A stretch of DNA of 63,140 bases, counting the filler, from Squatina squatina (taxonomy: Eukaryota), in assembly GCA_031763465.1 (NCBI GenBank). It is 4 parts of 4 records of this genome, joined end to end, with 100 filler letters (N's around TTAATTAATTAA, not from the genome) between each part and the next. Parts side by side here need not be neighbours in the genome. Positions count along the whole stretch, not along the records: positions 36,503 to 48,847 come from JARFOE011090498.1; positions 48,948 to 63,140 come from JARFOE010000001.1; 2 more parts are not named here. The stretch is one strand, 5' to 3'. The translations under genes and the position numbers were made by a program. Of this stretch, positions 48,588 through 60,120 are shown piece by piece; position 1 is the stretch's first letter, and each line of letters opens with the position of its first letter. Below the pieces are notes generated by a model. It did no database searches. It was not told the DNA's origin and saw nothing but the letters and a program-made list of their open reading frames with translations.

Positions 48588-48847
48588 TCAACTTGCTGAC
48601 GATTGTGATCCTCTCCCGGGGAAAGTGCGGACTCTCCAAATGCATCAGTCGCTACCTGGTGGCCATGGCGACGGCGGATCTCATGGTGATTATCTGCACT
48701 GTGATATTATATCAGATTGCTGACCTTTATTGGAGGGATTCTTTCCTGCTTTACACTCCCGTGTGTAGAGTCATTCTCTTCCTGTCTCCTACTGCCATAG
48801 ACTGTTCTGTCTGGTTAACCGTCGCTTTTACCTTTGATCGGTTTGTT
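48588..48847 (+). CDS. GPR139/GPR142-like class A GPCR, exon 2 (TM1-TM3), truncated by a gap
   Basis: ttttctgtttttcacag| acceptor; NLLTIVILSRGKCGLSKCISRYLVAMATADLMVII...PVC...DCSVWLTVAFTFDRFV has the TM2 AxxD, ECL1/TM3 Cys and DRF motifs. Confidence 0.92.
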
Positions 48848-48891
48848 NNNNNNNNNNNNNNNNNNNNNNNNNNNNNNNNNNNNNNNNNNNN

Positions 48892-48903
48892 TTAATTAAT
48901 TAA
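48892..48903. other. Artificial scaffold spacer TTAATTAATTAA
   Basis: Same construct as at 22318. Confidence 0.95.
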
Positions 48904-49054
48904 NNNNNNNNNNNNNNNNNNNNNNNNNNNNNNNNNNNNNNNNNNNNGCCTGATAGCTAGTTAAGGGCCCAGGAGAAAGATTAGTTTTAACATTTCAGTT
49001 TGGTCCACATCTGACATCCCTAGTGTTAACATCACTGTTGTCACTGTACAAAAA

Positions 49055-49345
49055 TCTAGGCTGACACTCAGGGAGTACTGCACTGTCGAAGGTGCCATCT
49101 TTCAGATCCAATGTTTAACAGTCTGCACTCTCCGATGGACATAAAAGATCCCAGTGTCCTGGCCAATGCTTATCTCTCAACCAACATCACTAAAACAGGT
49201 TATCTGGTCATTATCATGTTGCTGTTTGCTGCCACATTTCCTACATTACAACAGTGGCAACACTTCAAATGTACTTTATTGGCTGTGGTGTGCTTTAGGA
49301 CGTCCTGAGGTCATGCAAGGCGAGATATAAATGCTAGGCTTTTTT
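49055..49345 (+). mobile_element. SacSINE1/DeuSINE-type SINE with internal deletions
   Basis: 'gagggagtactgcactgtcgaaggtgccatctttcagat...ggacataaaagatccca...tatctggtcattatcatgttgctgtttg...gatataaatgctagg'. Confidence 0.8.
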
Positions 49346-52300
49346 TTGTTCCCAGCCAGTGCTGTCACAATAAAGTGTCTTACAAATCATATCACAAGTG
49401 TTACATTTTTTGGGTGTAAAGAGGAAAATTGTTTTTTTTTATTCTACCTTTTGGTCTTCCCAAGCCATAAACGATCTCCCAGCTGACAATATAAGCTGGT
49501 GCCAAACCTCTTCCAGTGTGTAGAGGGTTAGAGGTGTTGTGTGCGTGCTTTTGTGAGTAATACTGGTGTAAAAGCATTCATGGCACTTTTGTATGTTGGT
49601 CTTTGCATTCTCGGCATTTCTTGTCTACAAAGCTTTCCAATTTAACAGTAATGCCGCTTTGAATTGTACAGAAGAGAAAATATTCTGACTTGCAGTTGTT
49701 GTGGAGCTTTTGACAGTTATGTGGTGGTAAGTACATTCACTCATTATACAGTCCAGTATCCTCCAAATTTTAATACAGAGTATCTTTGTCCACAATAGAA
49801 AGCAAATTGAGATACTTAATCAGATGTTAATCCAAGTTATTCAAATCTACAGTCTCAACGAGTGAGAACAAGATACATTACTTATACTAATGTAGTCTAA
49901 TGAATGTTAATTAAAGTAACATATGTAAGCAGCAGTAAAGGATACAAAAGGGCTCCCTGATGGATGAATTTATCTGAATATCTGAGCCACACAGAACAGG
50001 AGGGTCCCCATTTCGATTCTAAACGTGTGCTGATTTAGCCGAACTCTGAGATTGGCAGTAGGAACACTAAGGTTGAATTGCTACAGGTGCCTGTGAAATC
50101 ATATCCTCAACAAAGTACCTGCCCATAAGGGGAGGGATAAGAATTGGCAAAACAAAGAGAAAAATGCAANNNNNNNNNNNNNNNNNNNNNNNNNNNNNNN
50201 NNNNNNNNNNNNNNNNNNNNNNNNNNNNNNNNNNNNNNNNNNNNNNNNNNNNNNNNNNNNNNNNNNNNNAGCAAGCTGGAGGGGATGAAAAACCTTCTGC
50301 CACCTAATTTGAATTCTTGAATAATGTCCATGGTTACTGTAGCAGACTTGGAATAAACTTCTTCAATTAAGAGTTACCTGGTGGAACCATCAGCCATACC
50401 CTGCTTTGTTTAAAAGCAAAGTGCACATATGCTTCTTGTTAGCCGAATGGCTTGTGTCCGATTACTGAAAGTTACAGAGCTGTAAGAGTGGATTTGTGTT
50501 TTATGTACTGACACGTGACAGATGTTCTGGGTGTTTCTGGATGGATCCCCTGAAGACCTAGAGAGGCTGTGTGTTACCTGTTAGTAGGAGCCTATCTGAA
50601 TTAAATGACTTTAATGTCCAATGTTCCCTCTCTACAGCTGGCACATCTGTGTGGGAATTTCTAGCAACCACTAAAGTAAACAGACTCCTAAGGCAAGGTA
50701 CAAAGTATAAATTGACAAGCGTAAACTCCAAGCTCAGAACAGAGCCATAATAATCATCCTAGTTTGGGGTGTAAAAGTGAAAGCAGCCAACAGCAGAAAT
50801 GCTCATCACCTCTGAACAAGCTGCATTTTTGTTCAGTCCTCTCTTTCAAATGCAGATATTATTCTTGACCACATTACGAGGATAAAATTTTGTGGTTCAA
50901 ATTTGGTTCACAAGTTTTTGACAACAACTTGACGAATGTGATAACATTGTGGTGCAAATTGACAATAAAATAATTACTCAATTTGTAAAATAGTGCTGTA
51001 GTCGATCAAAACATCTATTAATAAAAGTCTTGAGTCCAGCACACATCCGTTACACTTCGAAGTGACAAAAGTACGTAAAAAAGCCATTAATTTCATACTG
51101 ATGTCTTCTGACCTTCACCAGACCTTTCCAACATTGGCAGGGGTGTAAAACAGGTGAACAGGGACCTGCTACTCATTATATCTCTTCCACATACATATAT
51201 ACTCTAGGTTTAATCCTCATCCATACCTTAACACCCCCATCTNNNNNNNNNNNNNNNNNNNNNNNNNNNNNNNNNNNNNNNNNNNNNNNNNNNNNNNNNN
51301 NNNNNNNNNNNNNNNNNNNNNNNNNNNNNNNNNNNNNNNNNNCAACCTGGCTTTACTATAAAAATGAATAAAAATGCTACAACAATCTTTAGTATGGCAC
51401 TGCAGCAGTAACTACAGTGTGCAGCAGTTTAATAATTCAGAATAAATGCCTCAAGCAGCAAGGACAAGAACGCAATCCATACAACCCTTACCAACACTTC
51501 AAAGTGAATGTTACAAATTATTAAATATAAAGTAAAATGCCATACTGCCTATATAAATAGAATCTTATCTTTGCTGGTGATTGAAAAAGTTATTTTGATT
51601 CCTGCCCTGACAGACAATCACACTTAGTCCTATTACCAGACACCATTTATTACGCTATAAATATTAGAGTTAATGATACAAGTCACCTATTTGACCTAAA
51701 TACCAATAACTATTAATCAAACAATTATGTAAGCTTTTTGTAAGGAACATTAGAGGTGCTGCTAGCCTTCACATATTCTGCCACTGGTAAACTTGAATAA
51801 TTTATATCCATCTACTGTACCTCAGAAGTTTAAAGATCTGCAGTACTGTTAGTTTTCAGCAGCCTGGATGGATTCTCATTGTTGCATTCACTGGATCTAG
51901 TCTTGCCTACTGGTGCAACACCATAAATAATTTGCAGCAAATTATAGTTAATATCATACTTTTAAAATCTGCTCACTGTATGCGAGTGAAAATTTAATAT
52001 TCAAGAAAATGTTACCACAGTAATCAAAATTTATCAGAAGGGTTTTCCCACACAATACAATTTGCATGTTAATCTGCACCTGCGCAGTTAACCACAAGGC
52101 TACACACTTTATTTGGTACTCACAAACCATAGCTAGTAACCATCACCTGTGAATCCCACAAAAAGAAAATTAAGAAANNNNNNNNNNNNNNNNNNNNNNN
52201 NNNNNNNNNNNNNNNNNNNNNNNNNNNNNNNNNNNNNNNNNNNNNNNNNNNNNNNNNNNNNNNNNNNNNNNNNNNNNTCAAAATATGTATTCAATCACCA

Positions 52301-55300
52301 GATGTAACCATTGTGAATTTTTATAAGTTACATTTGCACAATGAAAACTTCCATTATTCAAGTAACAATTATCATCTACAAAAAGATCTACATACACCAT
52401 CTGTGTGCTCGATTATACAGCACTGCAGATTTAAAAGATTAGGTGATAACAGATACAATGTGCTTCTTTTCATTAAAAATGCATATCGATATAGTAAAAT
52501 GCAAGGAAAGAAATATATAATTTAATTTGGAAAATAGAAATACACAAGATACACATTTTAGAATTTTAAGTAATGTAAAATGTAGGCATGAGAAGGCGGT
52601 TGACCAAAGATATTTACAAAATTATAAAGCTCTGAAGAAAGTTCTTTTGTACAAAGCCTTGCTGAACAACACAGATGTCAGCAAAGACTAATTCAATAAA
52701 TGTAAATGCAGGGCATTTTCTGAATCACTCGGAACCTCTGGATTAGAATAGACATAATGCACTACATCACTAAATATATATGTTTCATTGAAAAATAAAC
52801 ATGTTCATGTAGAATTGTGTGTATTTACTGCAATAAATGAAGAAAACAATCATGGTATAGGATTGCAGCACATGTAGGTTTTGAACCTTAACGAGACATT
52901 CTGAAATTAAGTGTCTAATTTACACTTGTAATGCAAATTAGATTTTTTTCCTGTTATTGCTTTGAACTCCAAGAATTGCAAAATCCCCAGACATCATTAT
53001 CTTTGACTACTATAATCAGGCCTCTACAATAGTAATGCTTTGAATTTCCTTTAAACAATGGTAAGGTTATTACCAATAGAGCCAGACAGTGCATCTGAAG
53101 CAGATTTCTGACTCACATCGCTGTTATATGAAAATACAGAGTAATGGGAAAAAGATTAACTCTTCATTTCCCAGTAATATAGGGTGAACTATATTTTGCA
53201 AATAAATATTATATCTTGATCTCCAAAAAATGAATTGTATCATAAGTACATCAGCCAAAAATGTATACAAACAGCTGTGAAATGCACAAGGAAAATCTGA
53301 ATTTGTTTTAAATCCACAAATTCTTGTGCTCTTTTGAAACATTCAAAATGGTTATTAGAATTAAACCATTTCACCAATAATTTCTGAACATACATGACCA
53401 TACAGTCATGTGAACCAGACATACAATAGATGCTAACCTAGATTGGCAAATCTTAATATTTGGAATGGATGAAGAATTAGATTTCAGATTCGGATATCAA
53501 CCCTCGTTTNNNNNNNNNNNNNNNNNNNNNNNNNNNNNNNNNNNNNNNNNNNNNNNNNNNNNNNNNNNNNNNNNNNNNNNNNNNNNNNNNNNNNNNNNNN
53601 NNNNNNNNNAAACTTTTTTTTAAACTAAATTCAAGCTCACTGGAACTGTACCAGTTCAAAATGCTAATATATAAAAGTGAGAACTGACATCAAACAATTC
53701 TAGATTTTTATTAAAAAAAGATCTGTGGTTAACCATCTGCTTTGCAGGTTCTTTTCTGCAATAATTTTAATATACCACCCACCATGTATTCCATGGTACT
53801 ATCTGTCCTGTTCGGAGATATTTTCAATCTTTGACGTAATCCAGGCCCTTAAAAAAGGACAGCTCTGAACTGCAGACTACATATAATTTATACTGAGTAT
53901 GGAATCACCCTGTAATCAACTGAAAATTGCTGCTCGATAAACTTAAACCAACATAACAAACCGTTAATGTGCTTGTATGACCACGTAATAAGGTGGATTT
54001 TCTGAGTCCTCGCCCGTGGTGAGGTACCTGGCCCACAACAAAAATAGAGTGGAAAATTACAGGCAGTTCACCCACAATTTTCCAATCTGCACTCACAGCA
54101 GGCCAGCCATCACGTCACGGATGAAGACTCAGAACATCTACCCTATATAGTTGATCTGCCATGGCATTGAAGACNNNNNNNNNNNNNNNNNNNNNNNNNN
54201 NNNNNNNNNNNNNNNNNNNNNNNNNNNNNNNNNNNNNNNNNNNNNNNNNNNNNNNNNNNNNNNNNNNNNNNNNNCATCATTCATATCTTCGGCACTTTCA
54301 GCAAATATATACTTTTTCCTACTATCCTTAAAAATGTACTTTTTCAGTAAACATCTTAATTGCCTCAAGGTTGCAAAGGGGTTCTTCTCGACCTCACCCC
54401 TTTCTATACCTCTACATTTGTGATGATAATGTACAATAACCTTATATACGTATTACACAAAATACAAAACCTTGATGTTTTAGGATTAACAGGTCTGGAG
54501 GAGTAAAATGATTCTGTAGTTCTATAAAGTTACTCTGCCCTTGAACTCATACAGAGACCACAATAGGCTAAAAGGAGAAAGCCATTTGCTAAAATCCAAT
54601 GTACACCAAAATATCCAGACTTGACTTATCTCACAGCAGTATACTGTCTTCTTAGATGTGCTGTAGCCATAGCACCTGCAATTCAGTGACCTCGTTATTT
54701 CAACCTAATCCTGGTTTCGAATTATGGTTGCTCCTCCCTTTGCCTGGCTCGCCTGATAACATAATCATTGCAAATTAGTATGGAAAAACCCAGCAGGATT
54801 TGCTCTCAGAGTGGCATAGGACTGGTCAAGCTGAAGAAAGTGTATCAAAACATGAGCTTTATCAAAGAAATAATGTACAAATGGTACAGCAATAAACCCA
54901 GCTGGAACACAGTTTGAATTCACAAGGCTGACAGTTCCTTTCTCTGCACACATCATTTGAACAAGATTCTAAGTGTTTATATCTATTTTTATTTTTTGAA
55001 CTCAATTTTGAGCTGTCAATTTTCTATTTCAATAATTCCCTGCTTTTGTTACAGAATTAATTAGTTTCAGTGAAGGCATTTCCCTATAGAATGTCACACT
55101 GCATGTCCGATGGGGCTTGTAAACTAACCTCAGCACAGTGCATTTTTCTCCAGTGCACAACTGACTCAACACACCTAGGATATGCCAAGGTCCCAGAGGG
55201 TCCTTTTAAAATGTCATTTTGAGATATCTCCAAATTAAAATTAAATGATGTGCTTTGGAACTTCTTATATAAAAATGTACTTCTGCTCCTTTTGACAGTT

Positions 55301-55868
55301 ATGTTGCAAAAGTCGATCATCATTTTGCAAATCCTCTCCTTGCACCCTCCTCAATCAGGTTTATTAATTAAATAGGACATAAAATTGATTTTTATTATTG
55401 CCAACTAATTCAATTCCAGCAGTTAAGTATTTTGCAGGTAGCATAAATGTACAAATGGGACACAACACGATTGTGAACGGATAGAAATAAAGCACAGTCT
55501 GACAGCATTAGCCTGTTTACACTAAGCAAGCAACTATGCCCTGAAGGAACACATTCTGAACGTAATAATTTTTTTGCCTGGCAATAATGTTTCAAATAAC
55601 AATAGTGGGTTACAAATATGACCTTTTATGTGGAATAGAATATTGATTATACTCCAGTTCAACTCTTAGGGCATGCTTGTTCCCTTTTTTTATTTGTTCC
55701 TGGGATGTGGGCGTCGCTGACAAGGCCAGCATTTATTGCCCATCCCTAGTTGCCCTTGAGAAGGTGGTNNNNNNNNNNNNNNNNNNNNNNNNNNNNNNNN
55801 NNNNNNNNNNNNNNNNNNNNNNNNNNNNNNNNNNNNNNNNNNNNNNNNNNNNNNNNNNNNNNNNNNNN

Positions 55869-56843
55869 CAGGGTATAATTTCAAAGCTTGCGGATGACAC
55901 AAAACTCAGAACTATAGTAAACAATGAAGACGATAGTAACAGACGTCAGGAGGACATAGACAGAATGCTAAAATGGGCAGACACATGGCAGATGAAATTT
56001 AATGCAGAGAAGAGGCAATATAAAATGGTACAATGTTAAAGTGATTGCAGCAACTGGGGGTGTAAGTACAGAAATCTTTGAAGGTGGCAGGACAAGTTGA
56101 GAAGGCTGTTAAAAAAAGCATATGGAATCCTTGGCTTTATTAATAGAGGCACAGAGTGCAAAAGCAAGGAAGTTACGCTAAATCTTTAGAAAACACCAGT
56201 TAGGCCTCAGCTGGACTATTGTGTTCAATACTAGGCAGCACACTTTAGGACGGATGTCAAGGCTTAGATAGGGTCCAGAAGAGATTTACTAGAATGGTAC
56301 CAAGGATGAGCAACTTCAGTTATGTGGAGAGACTGTAGAAGCTGGGATTGTTCTTATTAGGGCAGAGGTTAAGAAGAGATTTGATAGGCATTTAAAATCA
56401 TGAACAGTTTTGATACAGTAAGTAAGGAGAAAATGTTTCCAGTGGCAGAAGGGTTAGTAACCAGAGGACGCAGATTTATGGAGATAGGCAAAAGAACTAG
56501 AGGGGACAATTCTGGACTCTTGAGCATCCCCAATTTTAATCGCGTCACCATTGAAATTACCTCCCTAAACCTCTCCATCTCTCTCTCCTCCTTTGAGAGG
56601 CTCCATAAAACCTACCTCTTTGACCAAGCTTTTGGTTATCTGTCCTAAAATCTGCTTATGTAGCTCGGTGTCACATTTTGTTTGATAATACTCCTGTGAA
56701 GCACCTTGGCACATTTACTATTTAAAGGGACTATAGAAATGCAAGTTGTTGCATGAGGATCATTTTTTTTTTCATAAACGCAGCGAGTTGTTGTGATCTG
56801 GAATGCATTGCCTGAAAGGGTGGTGGAAGCAGATTCAATAGTA
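55869..56843 (+). mobile_element. CR1 LINE ORF2 3' part, interrupted by an L2 fragment
   Basis: 'ISKLADDTKL...QEDIDRMLKWADTWQMKFNAEK'; resumes after 56751 with 'acgcagcgagttgttgtgatctggaatgcattgcctgaaagggtggtggaagcag'. Confidence 0.92.
56507..56751 (+). mobile_element. L2 LINE 3' fragment nested in CR1
   Basis: Homologous to 5877-6160 (caattctggactcttgagcatccccaattt...aaaacctacctctttgaccaag...gcaagttgttg). Confidence 0.85.
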
Positions 56844-59392
56844 NNNNNNNNNNNNNNNNNNNNNNNNNNNNNNNNNNNNNNNNNNNNNNNNNNNNNNNNN
56901 NNNNNNNNNNNNNNNNNNNNNNNNNNNNNNNNNNNNNNNNNNNACTCCAACTTATATTTCTAGACAGCCCTTGCCCTATTGTCTGGACTTACCTGTAAAC
57001 CAAAAGAACTTTAAATGCCCAATTTAGAAGAATGGGGAAAAAGCTTTAATAAGGCATTCATTTTTAATTGGATGCACCATTTCAGCTAAAAGTAATTCAA
57101 TCAAGGTCTACTTTCAGTTGCTAAATGGAGATACCCTTATACAAGTGCTTAGCAGTAAAACGATAAAATATTCATAACCGCTTTAAGCAAATGACACTGA
57201 AAGCCTTACTGACATTCTTCTCTTCAGGTTATGATAGCTAAATACTGTAAAAGTGCTGATGGCTGTCACCATTAGAGAAAGAATCCTGCTGGCAAAAATA
57301 TTCATATTATGTGTTGTAAATTATGGGTTAGACCAAGTACAACATGTTGGCCATTCTATTGGTTTAAGCTCATCTATATTTTGCACAGATTACCTGATGA
57401 GAACAGTTCCTTTTTCCTTTTTTACAAAACTACCGGCTTCTTTTTTTTAAATGTACATTATATAACTGGAAAGACACACTGCCAAGAAATCTTAAACACT
57501 CAGAGGTGGGTACCTCTGTTTTTCATTCTTCAAAAAGAAATACTACTCAAGAAAATCTGCGCTTGTGTATCAAGCATAAAAAGACTAAAATTAGGATGAG
57601 GGCCTCTCAGAGCCAGAGAAACAACAAATTATTTGTACAAAATCAAGACCAAGGGTTCAAACTGAAACATATGGCCCTGAATTTGCGGTCAGTATGACAG
57701 AGCACGCCGTCACACTACCTTTGAAATTGACTGCCAGTTCGGGATTTATGCATGCGCTAAATTCCGAACTTGCAATCGGTCAAGTTCCGACTCCGTATTG
57801 GCCTCGCTACATGTTTTACCTACCCATTGAAATCAACATGCTGGCGAAAGGTTGAGCTAATTGCCCACCCACGGCACATTAATTACCCTGAAAATTTTTA
57901 CAGCTGGCGCAAACAGGCGCAGGAGCCTGTTGCATGGTGTATGGGGAGGGGGNNNNNNNNNNNNNNNNNNNNNNNNNNNNNNNNNNNNNNNNNNNNNNNN
58001 NNNNNNNNNNNNNNNNNNNNNNNNNNNNNNNNNNNNNNNNNNNNNNNNNNNNGGAACACCACACACACCAACCAGCACCAGACGCAGCAAAAACAGCTCA
58101 TGACATTATCTACTGCAAGCTCTAAATTCAATAGCAAAAGGTATTTTTGAACAATCAGAGAAGAAAACTCTTTCCAGTTTGACAAAGTATTTCAGTAAAT
58201 ACAAATCAGTTACATAATGTCAAAGTGCAACTATCATTTTTTTCATATTTCACAGAGCACGTACCTGAATCTGTCAGACTAAGTCCGGAGCAGCAATTCA
58301 TGATCATAATGTCTTCCATCTCCAGATGCAAATGACCTCACCAGGAGAAGGATCGACTTTGACCTGCACTGCACACTATGTTGAGTGTGTAACGGAGGAC
58401 TATGCAATGTCAGGAGAGTCACTCAAGCTCCCCGAGCTGGATCATACTGTGGCACTCGTGATGGGTTAGAATGGCAGAGAGATAAAAATCTCTTCCCATA
58501 AATGAAAGAACAAAATGTTTCTCAAGGGGCAGCCTCCCTTACGCAGCAGAACCCAGAACCACAACAATTCATCAAACTTCACACGACAGTCATTTATGAA
58601 GATAATAGCGGTACATTTTCTGACTTTGTGCTCAATTAAGCCTATCGCTGCTCTGAATTTGTGCCTGACATATTGATTTCTCTATTGTACACATGCCCTA
58701 TGAAGCCACACTGTGCACTAAAGCTGTAGAACGCCAAGTGGATCCACAGTACAATATGAACAATCCAAAAAATGACATGTAATAAAAGTCATTTGAATAA
58801 GTTTTAAAAAGCATACTTCAAATAATTTATTTAATGTCAATTGAACTATCTGAACACAATGTCTTGAATTACCCTTCTCTCTTTCACTCTCTCAAACACA
58901 GTCTGTGAAGACATATGGCCTGGGGCTCCACATTGTCTATAATTACTGCTGTACAGAAAATGACAGCCAACAATCTATGATTCTGTGTGTAGGTGTTGAA
59001 CGATAGGATTACACTGACCTTTACTAAACTGTACATGTCAGGAGTGAATTCAGTTTTAGTGTTGTCATCTGCTTCAATTAGCACATGACTCTCAAAGGAC
59101 AACCAAAAATACCGAATATTTCAATCTGTTTTTCTCTCTCCTGTTAAAAGGGAGATTTTGTTTCCTAGTTAAGGATTGTTAACCTGTCATCAGCATTTCC
59201 TCACTTCAAAGGGGCTCATTCGAAGCCACAGAANNNNNNNNNNNNNNNNNNNNNNNNNNNNNNNNNNNNNNNNNNNNNNNNNNNNNNNNNNNNNNNNNNN
59301 NNNNNNNNNNNNNNNNNNNNNNNNNNNNNNNNNAGTTTAGGGCCACTATCAAGTCTATTATGGTCAAGAGAACTGTAATTACTGATACTTAC

Positions 59393-59501
59393 GGCAGAAT
59401 TGCTAGAGCAGAAGATCCAGATGGCAATCCACTGTTCTCTCCAGCTAGACTCCGACAGAGCTGATGAACAGCTGCCTTTGCCATGCCGTAGCCCACCATC
59501 C
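59393..59501 (-). CDS. QDPR: Dihydropteridine reductase exon (SDR YxxxK motif)
   Basis: ttttccattag| ... |gtaagt, 109 nt; [37 protein letters not shown] versus recalled QDPR [37 protein letters not shown]. Confidence 0.95.
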
Positions 59502-59869
59502 CTAATGGAAAACATGAGGGTTTGCAGTCAAATACACTTCAAACAGGACAGGAACGCCTTTGTGAATCATTTCTTTAAAACACCCAAGGACTAAAATAAC
59601 AATTAGTGTTGGTTTTTCAAACAGATTTTGCATGAAATATTATTTTATTTCAAATAAAATAATGAATGATTTCAACATAAACTATGAACTATATTTTAAA
59701 ACTGCACGTATATACAGCTTTTCCCCCTATTTGTTTTATCTCTGTTGAAGGTAAAGACTCATACAGTTTCAAACGTTACAAACCCACCAATAGCACTCAA
59801 TATGTCAGTTTCATGACACTGGCTGTTTTTGATACCTTGCCCACGTGGCTATTCTTCATGTGTGAGACT

Positions 59870-60120
59870 GAACAGTAAACGTCAGCAGGCGATTCAGCAA
59901 CAGGCAGTATCACGGACAAACATTATGCCGTCTTTACCAGACATCCACACTTTCCAGCAAGACTCGCTGGGTAGCAACTGGAAAGCAGGAAGCCTAACTG
60001 ACTTTTTCTTTCCTTAGCTCAGGGTGCCAATGGCAGCACCCCTCGTAACACCCCAAACAAGAGGAGCAAACTTTGCACAAAGCGGGCATCAAACCTGGGA
60101 CCTTCTTAGTTTGTATGTTT
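59870..60120 (-). mobile_element. Probable old tRNA-derived SINE
   Basis: Minus strand begins with a B-box-like 'ggtcccaggtttgatgccc'; family not identified. Confidence 0.35.
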
